Shown in pieces: positions 1 through 11,500 of a stretch of 64,000 bases of DNA. The DNA is taken from assembly GCA_000708835.1 (NCBI GenBank), contig DF237120.1:1-64000 (forward strand). Reading direction: 5' to 3'. The position numbers and the translations under genes are program-made. The DNA is from Klebsormidium nitens (Eukaryota > Plantae > Klebsormidiophyceae). Each line of letters begins with the position of its first letter. The stretch's first letter is position 1. The notes under the pieces are model-generated. The model was given only the letters and a program-made list of their open reading frames with translations, did no database searches and was not told the DNA's origin.

Positions 1-504
1 CATGATATCGCACCGACATAAGACCGCATGACAGGCACACGTACTGACGTACGCACAGAGGCTGCATGTCTGGAATGCAAGCTCCTTTAATGATACCATG
101 CATATGATCTTATAAGCTCTTTCACACGCCGTAGCCACATCATGGGCCACAGGCTTTTCATGGCATACATATTAAGTGCATGTGTATGACATTCCGAGTC
201 CTAGTGCAACTTTGAGATCGACGTCTTTACCTCGCGTGATTCAATGAGGCTTGGAGCGACGTTGAGCTTATCACCTATAATATATTCTTATTTGTTAGTG
301 CTTGTGCATTTATGATTCCTAGGACCTTGGTGAGCTTTGTTCTGATCCTGAGTTGCGTTGGCGGCCGCAATTTAGTATACCCGGGCATCGTGTCAGGACT
401 CAGAGCACCTTTGCAGTGGTGCAGTGAACTCCAATGAAAAACCCGACTTCCAAGGGGTTTCGGGTGACGGCCAGTGACTCGTGAGCATCTAAAACCGGCC
501 TCTG

Positions 505-815
505 TCAGAGGATTTATTCCTGAGGATGTGTTCCGCTTGTCAGAGTTTAGAGTTCCGCTTGTCAGAAAATGTGAATACCGTCCGTATTCTAGTTTACGAT
601 TTAGAGCTTCGTTGCGATGGTCACAAATCCCCTGATTCACACTCCGTTCTCCGGACGATTCTTTGGTTCGGAGGATTTAATCCTGAGGATGTGTTTTGCG
701 TGTCAGAAAATGTGAACACTGAATGCTCTCAGTATTTTACTTTACGATTAATTTACGATTCAGAGCTTTGTTGCGATGGTCAACAATTCCCTCATTTACA
801 CAGTACTCTCCCTTC
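505..815. repeat. Degenerate tandem duplication, unit about 165 bp
   Basis: gaggattta(t/a)tcctgaggatgtgtt...tgtcagaaaatgtgaa...tttacgatt(t/c)agagctt(c/t)gttgcgatggtca occurs at about 505 and again at about 669. It accounts for the internal repeat in ORF 526-1239. Confidence 0.8.
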
Positions 816-1905
816 TATTTACTATTCTTTGCTTCCGATAGCAGCTAGAAGAATACTGGTCAGGAATTGTTGTCATATAACTTCTCCAGGACTCAGGAGA
901 TGTTGTCATACCGTACTTCTTGGGCAGGAGACAGCGTCTTCTGAATACGGTTGTACGGTATGGCCGCTGGTGGCAAACGCTAGTATATGGTACTTGTTCA
1001 GTACATTCAGTACTCTGCATGATTTTCACACTGCACAGCCTGGCAGGTACGGTATGCAGTGCCAGAGATCTGATCTGACAGGGGTCTGTCGAAGACTGAC
1101 AGGCCAAGTGCTTTTACCGATCGGCGCCCCGAGTCTCTACAGTCCCTCCTTCATGCCTCAGTGGCTCATCCAGGTCAGACTAGCTGCGAGTCCAACAATG
1201 GTTCTTGTGAATTGCAGGGGCCCGGAACATGGCTTCTAGACTTCTGAGTACTAGGGTTACAATTGGCGGAACACGAGGTTCAGTCATGGCTGCAGCTTAG
1301 GCAGATCCAGCTCTGAAACTTTGCTGCAAGACCAGACACCACAGTGGTATCCAATACATCACACGTGAACACGTGTTTATGGATGTGTTTTAAAAACTTG
1401 CAGGAAAACTTGTTTCAGAGGGCATGCTGATCAAGCCGCTCACACAGCTAACACAACCCTGTCTGGCAGACTTCGAGGCTTCATCTGGGCTTCAGGGGCT
1501 TCTCCCCTCCTTGCCCTAGTTGATCGGTGAGGGATATGCATCATTCTGCACGTAACATTCTTTGGTCTTTGAATAGCTCATTTCTGGAAGAGCTCCTCAA
1601 AGAAATCCTCAACATCCCCATCAGTTTTCAAGGTCATGACTTCATAGACTTGCTTGTCCAAGCTTGAACCTAAATATATGGACGTTACGAAAACAGGGAT
1701 GAAGGCTGTGCATAGAAGTGCAGCAAGAATGTCACGATGTTTGAATGGAACTATTGGGGAATGGCGTGGCCATGTTTGTCTTGCAAGGGCGAAGATTTAA
1801 CCACCAGAAGTCCTGAGCTGATAAGCGTGCCTTGCCACAATGCCTTGCCCAACAATTGCATTACTTAAACCATGATCTGCATAATGCAGGGACTCAAGGG
1901 GAAGG

Positions 1906-3010
1906 ATGGCACAAGGACGTCTCTTCCAGGCCATCGTGGTTTCTTGGCTCATGCTCTCTCCAGTCAATTGCCAGACAAAGTGTAGCGCCTGGACGGCCAC
2001 AGGGTCCCTGGACATTATAAGAGACGGTCACATAGCCACCCCGCTCATTACCGGCAAGGTGCTGGTGGCGGGGGGTTACGTTGGTGGCAGCTCTTTGCCC
2101 TTCTCCGAGCTCTACGACCCAACGGCGGGCACCTGGACGGCCACAGGGTCCCTGAACGTTGCAAGATACGGGTCCAAAGCCACCTTGCTCTCCACTGGAG
2201 AGGTGCTGGTGGTGGGGGGTTACAGTTTCAGTGACTCCAACATCTTGAGCTCCTCCGAGCTGTACGACCCAACGGCGGGGGCCTGGACGGTCACAGGGTC
2301 TCTGAACAGTCCAAGATGGCTTCACACAACCACCTTGCTCTCCAATGGCGAGGTGCTGGTGGCGGGGGGTTCTGGCCCCTCTGGCTCCCCGACTTATTCC
2401 GAGCTGTACGACCCAATGACGGGCACCTTCACGGCCACAGGGTCCCTGGACGTTCCAAGAACCAATCCCACCGCCACCTTGCTCAACAGTGGCAAGGTGC
2501 TGCTGGCGGGGGGTAACGGCGTCACCTATGCCGACCTCGTCTTGAGCTCTTCCGAGCTGTACGACCCAATGACGGGCACTTGGACGGCCACAGGGTCCCT
2601 GAGCTTTGCAAGGTCTGGTCACACAGCCACCTTGCTCAGTACGGGCGAGGTGCTGGTGGTGGCGGGGTTTAACTACTTCCTTGGCTACTGGAGTTCCTCC
2701 GAGCTGTATGACCCAATGACGGGCACCTGGACGGCCACAGGGTCCCTGAGCTTTGCAAGATCTGGTCACACAGCCACCTTGCTCAGTACGGGCGAGGTAC
2801 TGGTGGCAGGGGGAAAAAACTACGTTGACGGCTTCTTGACCTCCTCCGAGCTGTACGACCCAACAACGGGCGCCTGGACGGTCATAGAGTCCCTGAATGT
2901 TGCAAGACTGAGTCACACAGCCACCTTGCTCGGTACCGGCAAGCTGCTGGTGGCGGGGGGGTTCAGTCCCACGTTTGGCCTCTTGACCTCCTCCGAGCTC
3001 TACGGTCCAT
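1906..3010 (+). CDS. Exon 1 of a secreted Kelch-repeat (7-bladed beta-propeller) protein: signal peptide plus 7 Kelch repeats
   Basis: Hydrophobic N-terminus MAQGRLFQAIVVSWLMLSPVNC, then seven copies of W(T)xTGSLxxxRxxHTATLLxxG(K/E)VLVxGG...SELYDPxxG. The exon ends at a phase-1 donor CCA T|gtgagt (3010/3011); unspliced, the ORF stops at 3018. Confidence 0.92.
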
Positions 3011-3654
3011 GTGAGTAGTTACAAGCCAATCCTTTAGTCAAGCCTCAATCCATGCTTCCTCGAGTCACGAAGTCCTTCCAAGATCGATGCTATAATGATT
3101 GGAAGCTTGCCTTTTTTTTAAGGATTCAACAATCAGCCTCATCGGACTTGCTTGACCTAGAACAACTTAAACTTGGTGATCCTGCCAATGTACCAGACTT
3201 TATGGTGGCTGAAGTCTTAGGCATTGCCCGGTTAGCGGTTGGGGTTGTGAAAGCGTTTCAGTCCTGATAGAATTCGGACTTAAAGATGGTCACAAGCACA
3301 TCTTTGTAAGTTCAAGGATTGCGCGGTCTCCAAGTCCTCTCGCTGAAGTTGCAGTTTTACTGCCAACATGATAATGTGAGTAGAGTGTTGGCTTGCACAA
3401 AAGTTCGATGCAGGGTAGTCCCTGAGCTTCAACATTGCAGCCTACAACAAACCAATTACCCTCCAAGTCTTGATGCACTAGTTCTCATGTGAAAACTCAT
3501 GCTAGCAACTTGCTGCGGGACTGCGGAATAGGTCTGAATCTTCAGATGGCAGCAATACAGCGACCGCAATGTAATCCCGACTGTTGTAAGGCACCGGTGT
3601 TGTGACCCTGACGTGCGTTTGCCCTAACAAAAAATCCGTGTCCCTTTTGAACAG

Positions 3655-5907
3655 GTAACTCGGCTGATGGAGGCTTTGACCCTCACTTTGAACTGACGGG
3701 TCTGGATGGCAACGAGAAGTTCACGTTCGACTTCCATGGAGAGCCAAATAAAACTTTTTGCTTGGTATCTGACGCGACCATTCAGGTGACTGGCCCAGGC
3801 ATTCCACAGATTGCAACATCCACAAAGAGTTTCTAGGAGAAACCATCAACCTTTGGGCGAGGATCAAATCGGGTGCACCTAGAAGCAAGTTTTATCAATC
3901 AGAGATTAACGTACAAATGTTTGGTCTCACTGAGCTCACGAAAGTGCTGAAAGAAAGGCTTGAGGAGGTAGAGCCTTTCTTTACCGGCACGTGGATGGAC
4001 GGGCTGGGCTTCCTTTATCTTGACAAAGCTGGACAGCAGCAAGACCTGAGCGTCATCTTTGACGCGGCTCTGGACCGGGCAGGAACGCCACCTTTCAACA
4101 TCTCCTTCAACGGGGAGAATATTGTAAGTCACAATTGCCTTTTCTGAGTGGCTGATTATCTCCCCTTCGAGATCAGTGGCCGTGTTACCATACCTTTCCA
4201 GTAGACAGTGGTATACTTGTGAAGTCTTCGAACACAATACACAAGTGCATGTGTGGCTGATAATCAGTACTATTTGTTTGTAGCATGCACAGATTCGGAG
4301 ATTGGCATGGCCCGAGATGGAAGGTAAAAGTTTCTTTGTCCTCCTGTTTTGTTTGATTGATAGCGTTATTTATGTTCCCTCCTAACTGTGGCATCCGAGA
4401 CCGGGTCATCCAGATCGTTCACAGTTCTTTGTGGTCACAGATAAACGAGGGACTTCTCATGTCTTCTGGTGCATATGCTGAAAAAGCGAAGCCCCGGCAA
4501 GAGGCCGAGTGGCCCGAGATAACGGTGGCCTTTTGGTTCAGTGCGTCTCAGTCAGGTGCACTTGTCACCGGTCATAAGAAGCAAAGCCTTGCGGGCAATC
4601 GTCCTGCACAAGCGCTTACTTTGTGATTGAGTGATTGCAGAATATCATGCACAGCTATCCCGATTGTATTGCATAAAATGATGTGCATCGAACCACGGTC
4701 AATATGTTCCTCGCAGGGCTTCGATGGCACCACTCCCTGAACCAGTTCTGACGGCTTCGTCAGGATCAGCGCAGTCAAAGATCGCGTCAATGCTGTCACT
4801 GTATCCATCGGTGATCGACTCGAGCTGGAGGTCGAAGGAGACTTTGAAAAGGAGCTGATTGCCGACCCCCCAATCCACTTCATCAACTTCAAGATCAACA
4901 AGATGGCCACTAGCACAAATGTACACGGGGTAAGCCTCAGAACCGTTTGTTGGCAAGTTCCTTCACAAAACGTAGTAGGCTTCATCATTGAGCTCCTAGA
5001 CTTCCAAGCGGGATAGAGTGTGGCTTCGATCGGCTTTTTCAAGCGCTCTGTTTGATATTGGGTGAAACTTTTTCATTCGTGTGTTGCGCCCCTTGATCAT
5101 TACGTACAGCTTTCGCCCACCAACCCGGGGTCTCAGTAGTTGCATGGTCAATCAACCTGCCGCGCTGAGATTGACGCGTCTGGTTATTTACATCTCACTC
5201 TTGGGTGTTCCTGAACTGGACTGCACCTGAGCCTCAGCTGAAGCCTTCCCTGAAGGAGCCTGTTCCGCGAATGAAGTTGGATCGATGCCGTTCTGGGCCT
5301 TCTAGTTCGAGCACTGAGGGTCTTGTGTCGGTGCATCTCTTTAAAGTCTCTTTGACACCATCAATCAGATCGAGACACAGGCTTTGATTTGAGCGAGGGA
5401 GCCTCCTTGACCAAGCTTGGTTCTGGGATGTTGCAGTTCTTGGGGCAGATGTACGCCCCTGGCGCTATCAAAGAACGACTCGCTATGGGTACCCTTGAGG
5501 GCTTGCTTCATCGCGAGTACGTGGAAGGGACGGACCAAGAGTACGAGACACCGGGCTTGACTGATCCCAACTGTAGCTTCAGACGCTTTGGCAAGGTAAA
5601 CCGAGCTAACACGGACTGCCCAGAACCTTTCCGAAACCCACGTGAAACTGTGTCTACTTCTCAATTGATAGAACAGAACTCTGAAGCAGCCGAAAGTTGT
5701 CGAATATTAAAGCGCTTCCTAGGTGCTAGCAATCTATCAGATGTTCTGCAGCATCTACATACTTCAGATCATTTGCACCGCTTGATTGACGGTTCTTATA
5801 GAGTATGATAAATGATGCCGGCAGCTTCCTCAGGCACACGTTGAAGACCAACTTCGCAAGTTCTTTTGTTTCAGAAGGTCTCAACGTGCACATGCAGGTC
5901 TAGATGA
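3655..5907 (+). pseudogene. Root-cap (PF06830-like) domain exons continuing the Kelch gene, with an in-frame TGA at 4738-4740
   Basis: Exons 3655-3785 (DPHF..GLDG..FTFDFHGEPNKTFCLVSD), 3905-4123 (INVQMFG..GTWMDGLGFLY..FNGENI), 4717-4929 (GFDGTTP*TSSDG..FINFKINKMATSTNVHG) and 5437-5595 (FLGQMYAPG..YETPGLTDPNCSFRRF); 5875-5907 is a tentative last exon. All junctions are GT-AG and phase-compatible. The motifs match the Root-cap family pattern (DPRF.G.DG..FYFHG..FCLVSD; INAHFIG; TW.QALG; VHGVLGQTY; C...RF). Confidence 0.8.
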
Positions 5908-7335
5908 TACACCAATGAACCAAAGCCAATCTCTTCTCATTCTTGATAGGAACCGAAGAACGTGGCTGACGGCCCACACGCTGTTGGCGGCAATCCGGCG
6001 CCCCTCGACTTGGTCCGGTCCAGCCGTCGCATGCTTTCGACCCGGGCCCACCTTGAGGATTCGTCGGCAGCGTGCCGCATGGCGGTGGCCTCTGCTGGGA
6101 AGGGCCTCTATATCAATTGCCAGTAGGCGACATGCATTGAGTAAATAGGCCCGTACCTGGCTTTGGTTGAAAGGGCATCAAATAAAGTTGATTGTTTATG
6201 ATCTTCATGTTGCATGTGGGCATGAAGGCGCCGCGCCGCCGATCATGTAGAATTTCCATACGGTGCCGTGACATTCGATCGAGCTCAGTTTCTACCGACT
6301 CGAGCTTCGTATGCATCGATCCATGCACGCAAGTCCGGGGGGGTGATGATATGGTGTTTCGTGATGGACTTCGAAGCTGGAGACATGGAGAGCCACGGGA
6401 GATGACGATGTTCGCAAAGCCGACTCTCGCGAAAATAGGCCGGAGCATACATGGCGGCAGCTAAGGCAACGCCCGTGACGATTTCCACCGAGCATATCCT
6501 ACAACGTGCCTCTTGCAGCTCATTGCAAAACATTTTATATGGAACTCGGCCAAGCCTAACCCTATATTGCCTCTGAGTGAGAGTTTGCGTGCGCGCGCAT
6601 GGACACTATATGTACGAAAATTTCTGACGCTTGAACACGTACGGTACCAAGCAAGCTGTCTGCAATGATGCCATGGAAGTCTTGTCCAAAAACAAACATG
6701 CGGGATTGGGATTTGATTTTAACGCATGTGTGCATCATGCGTACGCGGTCGGGATTCCATACAGACCGGCCGGACCCGGACAGGTCCGCTTTGAAAACCG
6801 TAGCAGCTGTTCACATGATTCTCGAGCCAGCCAACTTAAGCTTTCACTGTCTTAAGTTTGCACGGTAACCACACACCATTCAAAGGGTATTTGCTCAGGC
6901 TTGGGCTTTGATAACGAGACATGCTGCGATCCATGGTTCAATAGTCAGCGAGCGTGCCAGTGTGCGCGGCGGCAATATACCCGCTGCAAGCTTCAATGCA
7001 ACGATTCAACTTATGCAACATTAGTAGGCTGCCACGGCAGAAGTTCAAGATAAAAAATTGGCCCTGGCTGTCACTCTAAACGTCAATACCGTTGATATCG
7101 TCATTAACACGAAACAAGGAAGGCTATACAACGTTTTGCAGGGAATACAACCTAACGGCGCATCCACAGTCACCAGGCCGGGCTTGATCTTCGTGCTTGC
7201 TTCGCATTGTCGAAATTAAAAGTGGAGTGGTATCGCGCCATGTAGTAGACGTCGTCGAAGCTCAGTCGTCCCAATTGAGCCACGCGTCTGCAACAAAGAC
7301 CGAGAATAGTTTGGAATTAGACACGGCTGAATGTT

Positions 7336-7373
7336 AGCGGAATCATATTAGGAGCGGAATCATATTAGGAGCG
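7336..7373. repeat. Perfect 17-bp tandem duplication
   Basis: agcggaatcatattagg occurs twice, followed by agcg. Confidence 0.9.
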
Positions 7374-8435
7374 AAAACACTCAATCATATGAACGTGGGT
7401 CGCCTCAAAGATGCCCGTCAAGACCACAATGATCTTGAAAGTTGGACAGAACTCAGCCCTTGCCTCAAGAAGACTCCATCCGGCTCCCGAAACTCCTTAA
7501 GGCTGATCTTTATTGTCGAGACTCCACGGTCGAAGAAGAGACTGAGACGAGAAAGACGTATGTCGTTCTCGTCCTCTCCTTAGACCAGAACCGACTTTGT
7601 TAACGGCCGTTTCGCTGTTCAGATATCCGACCAGGGCAACAAAAGAGGGAGTTCCGAGCCCGCCTCAGCCTTTTCACAAGACGCAAAGCAGGTCACGTGT
7701 GGAAGTCAAGGTGCCACGTGTCAGCCCACCTGTGGTGCCTCCTGAAGGCCTTCGGCTGGCCCCTGCCAATTACTACCCGCCTTCACAAGCCAAAGCAAAG
7801 AAGAGCGGCGAAGTCCATCAGGGTCAGCAGCCGCCGGAATGTTGCCGGCGCACACGCGGCCACTGCTCCCAAGCCTGGCTTCGCCGTGCCGAGAGCTGTT
7901 CTTGTCCCGACCATGCCGCTGCCGCGAAAGCTCGATCCTGAATCAGGACTTTACAGTCCCGGTCATCATGATTCGAGAACGTGAAGGACTGTGCGCTTCA
8001 ACAGTGAAATGATGGTAATTTCAGTGTGTCATGAACTGAGCACTCGAGTATCAAGCGCATGCGTGGCTGTTTTTCTGCCTTGCCGAACGGTCCAAGGAAA
8101 CGATTGCGCGCACAACGTCTCCCGGAGCTCAAAGTAGAAAATGATGGCGTCAGGTGCAGCGAAATTGTCACGCACACGAACAAGACGAACAACTGAAAGT
8201 CGTTCCTTAAATTTACCAAGCCTTTAAGAATGCATCCAAGTGAGATACCAAATTGCACTTATCAGCCTGTCGGCGATCAGATGACGAGTTGCCAGGCGGT
8301 TTCTATGCAGTCACAATATAGCCAGTATATACTTCTGAATTTCTCACGGTATGGAATGAGGCAGAATGAAAGGGATGCACGGTAGCAGCAGCAGAAAGCT
8401 TCTTCGTACTTTCACAAGAACCCATGGACGCCATT

Positions 8436-8506
8436 CTGATACGAAGCTATGAAAAGAGAACATCGCTTCCTGATACGAAGCTATGAAAGGAGAACATCGC
8501 TTCCTG
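8436..8506. repeat. Near-perfect 34-bp tandem duplication
   Basis: ctgatacgaagctatgaaa(a/g)gagaacatcgcttc occurs twice. Confidence 0.9.
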
Positions 8507-8560
8507 GCCGGTTCTGTACAGGCAAGAAGTAGGGGAAGAAAGGATCGAAGCATAGCTCAC

Positions 8561-11500
8561 TCGACCATTGTTCGCAGCAGCGTGCCCAACATGTCCTTGA
8601 GGGGATCCCCCGGGTCCTTCGCAACAACCGGCGCACCAGGGCCTTTCTGCACGGAGTCAGAATAAATAAGCGTCGGACTCCGTAAGTTTACATGGGTGTT
8701 GCAAGTAAGTAACAGGAATGGCGTGAAGATAAAGCATCGCAGTCAGAGTAGACTGAGCCACGATTGCGGTCGGCAATGAATCAATTTGCCCACGTCGAAG
8801 TTCGTTCCGACGAAGTCAAGTTGATCACTTCCGCCCGGGAAAGCCGATCCAAGCAAGTGTTCCCAACCCGTCAAGCGACCCGTCTATTCGTCCCGTTTCA
8901 CAGTCTCACAACTTCCAGAACCTTCCATCTTAAACGTAAACACCAAATAGAAGATTAAGAAGGAAAGACACAAAAAGCTTCCCAGCCCCGTCAGATCAGC
9001 ACTCCAAAACATACGCGCACCTCCGCTTCTCCGCTGCGCTCTGCCCCCGGTGCATCATCTGCACCCGTTCCGCATCTTCTGACAACCGCCCCCCGTTCGC
9101 CTTTCGCTTTCTCCGGCAACACCGCCCCCTCGTGCCGCCGCAACCGCTCCCGCTACTTTCCGGGGGGAGCTTCTCACGGCTATTCCGACCCCCCCGGCAT
9201 GGTCAGTGCCACCGATCCCCCCCCCGCGTCTCCTTTGCCTTTTCTTGCCTTGCCGCCCCCGCTGCCCCAACAACTCTTCGGGGGAAGCTTCTCAGCATAA
9301 CGTCAGCCCCCCTGCCGTCGTCATTCTCTTTTTCTCCCCCCTGGTGCATCTCTTTCTCGCATCCCCGTTCCGCCGCCCCCGCTGCCCCGACAACCCTTCG
9401 GGGGGAGCTTCTTACCCCTATTCCGACCCCCCCGTTTGTGTTTAGATGCGCAACTTCTTCCCTCTTCTTCTCCCACAATGACCTGCTCATCCGAGCCGCC
9501 CCCGCCGCCCCAACATTCTCCGGGGGAAACTTCTCAACGCAGGTCCTAACCCCCCTCCCACCTCGAGTCTCGCCCTTTGACTTCCAAACGCATCTTTACC
9601 CTTGCTCCGCCTCCGTCCCGTGCAGTCACCGCTGGCCCCACATCTTTTCCAGCGGGGGATTCGTGGGCTGGTTGGTGGCCCCCGTTCTCGTCGGTTCTGC
9701 TTCGCTCCCCCGTAGGGGGGCGAGAGATTTCTCCAGCCAGCGTCGCTGGTTCGGGGAAGCGCCACGAACCGGAAACTTTGGCGAGCTCCGACTGTACCTG
9801 GAATGCAGCGCCCGAAATCATTCGAAGAATTGAGCGAAAGTTGCCCAAAAATGTTGGAAGTTGGCGACATAGCCAAGTCGAGTCGCGCTTCTTCAGGCCG
9901 AGGAACTTGAACTGTGTAACGACTTCAGAGAAAAAAGCGGCTACTTATTGCTGATCTGAAAACAGCACGAGCTTCGAATGACTGAAGTTCGGGCGGAAGT
10001 CGTACTCACGAACGCAAGCATTCCGCAACAAGGGTTTCGACTCAACGCAAAAGTGCACTCTGTCAAGTCACCTATTTGACCGGCATACCCGTCGATACAG
10101 GATGACAGAATAGAGAAGAAAAACCTCCAACCCCATAGAAAGCGAGACAAAACCTTTCTGTCACGGCCCAGACTATCTCGGGCCCCTTACCTGGCGGAAG
10201 AACACAGTGTCGCTCCAACACGCTTCCCGCCACTCTTTTGCCAATCCGTTCCTTCGCTGCTCAACTCTCGTATCCCCCGACGAAGCAGGCCCACCAAACG
10301 CCGCCCCTGGCCCTTGACCGCTTCCGGTTCCGGTTCGGCGACCCCCCCGGAATCGAACAGCGTGAGCGGGGACCGGGCCGTGCTGACGTGGCGGACGACG
10401 TCATCGAAGAAGCCGGGGCGGGCGGACCAGCGGTGAAGCTGGGGGAGGGAGACTTAGGCGAAGTCGGTGGGTTGGCAGGCGATGTAGAGGAACTGCGCGC
10501 AAAGGAAATTTACAGGAAGGTTTCGCTCTCAACCAAACCTGGTTAAAAGGAAAATAACCGCAACTATAATCAGCTTCGTCCGAGAGAAGGGCATCTAACC
10601 GGAGTATCAACCAGGCTTGGTTGACGGTACTTTACCCCCGTGAGAGGGGACAAATCGGCTGAGAGATCCTCAAACCGTGAATGCCGAAACACCAAACCGT
10701 AAAGCTGAATACCTGAAACCTTCGACGGCTATTTTGAGATTAGGATACAATAAGCACCTCTGGAAATGCGCAGAAGGGATGCGGTTTCACGAAAGATAGT
10801 GACAGTGATGAGAGATGTCGGAAGGGGCAGTGGCTCAAAGCGACGCGGGACGGTCCAACAACGCGAGCAAGGACAGAACTCTGCCAAGACCCCCGACCTC
10901 GTTCCAAAAAGGCGTCATCTTGCATTGTTTGTAATCTCGTCTCCTCCATCTCAGGAACCTATAAGAGAGCACTGATCACACTGTCCAGCCTGAAACTTTA
11001 CCAACACGTGGCACTTCGTCCTGAAATAGTGAAGTAATTTCAAGTAAGGGAGAAGTAGTGAAATAGTAAAAAGCTCTGCTGAACTATGTTCCCCGTATTC
11101 TGCCGAGGAACGTTCGGAAAGTTTGCAGAAACAAGCACGAAACCCTGTCCTGCGGAAGCCATGTCTCGCCGTCGCTGCCAGGCGTTGTGTAGGGCGTCCG
11201 AGAGCCGTCCAATGAGGGCCTTGCTACTCGACTCCGCCTGCCTGTAACCATGGAGATGAGGATAAGATAAAAAGAAGATTAGATAGTTCTTTGAAAGCCA
11301 GGTTTGGGTAATAGGCACGGATGCTCCAAGAAGTTTTACCCCGCATCCTATACGAAGCAAAAGGCCTACATTCTTGTTACCCAATGAGGACGCGTCAAGA
11401 AAGCAGACCCTGATTCAAAAAGGAAGTACCGGACTCCAGAATCCTCAGTACCCGAAAGGATGCGTCCTTCGCGACAAGAAAGAAGGTGTCTGGAAAGATG

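Noticed and set aside
526-1239. 237-aa ORF
   Set aside because: It is built partly from a tandem duplication, is Cys/Leu/Ser-rich, and has no recognisable domain or splice context.
1894-2916. 340-aa antisense ORF over the Kelch exon
   Set aside because: It is a shadow of the GC-biased repetitive sense frame. Its repeats mirror the Kelch blades and have no independent motif.
9120-9660. CRISPR-like or other regularly spaced array
   Set aside because: The units are degenerate, variable in length and G/C-run rich, and the context is eukaryotic with no cas genes.
10446-10500. Minus-strand FLYIACQPTDFA* as a possible gene end or a premature stop in ORC3
   Set aside because: The TAA lies in a branch-point/polypyrimidine tract just before a better acceptor at 10439, so it is probably intronic.
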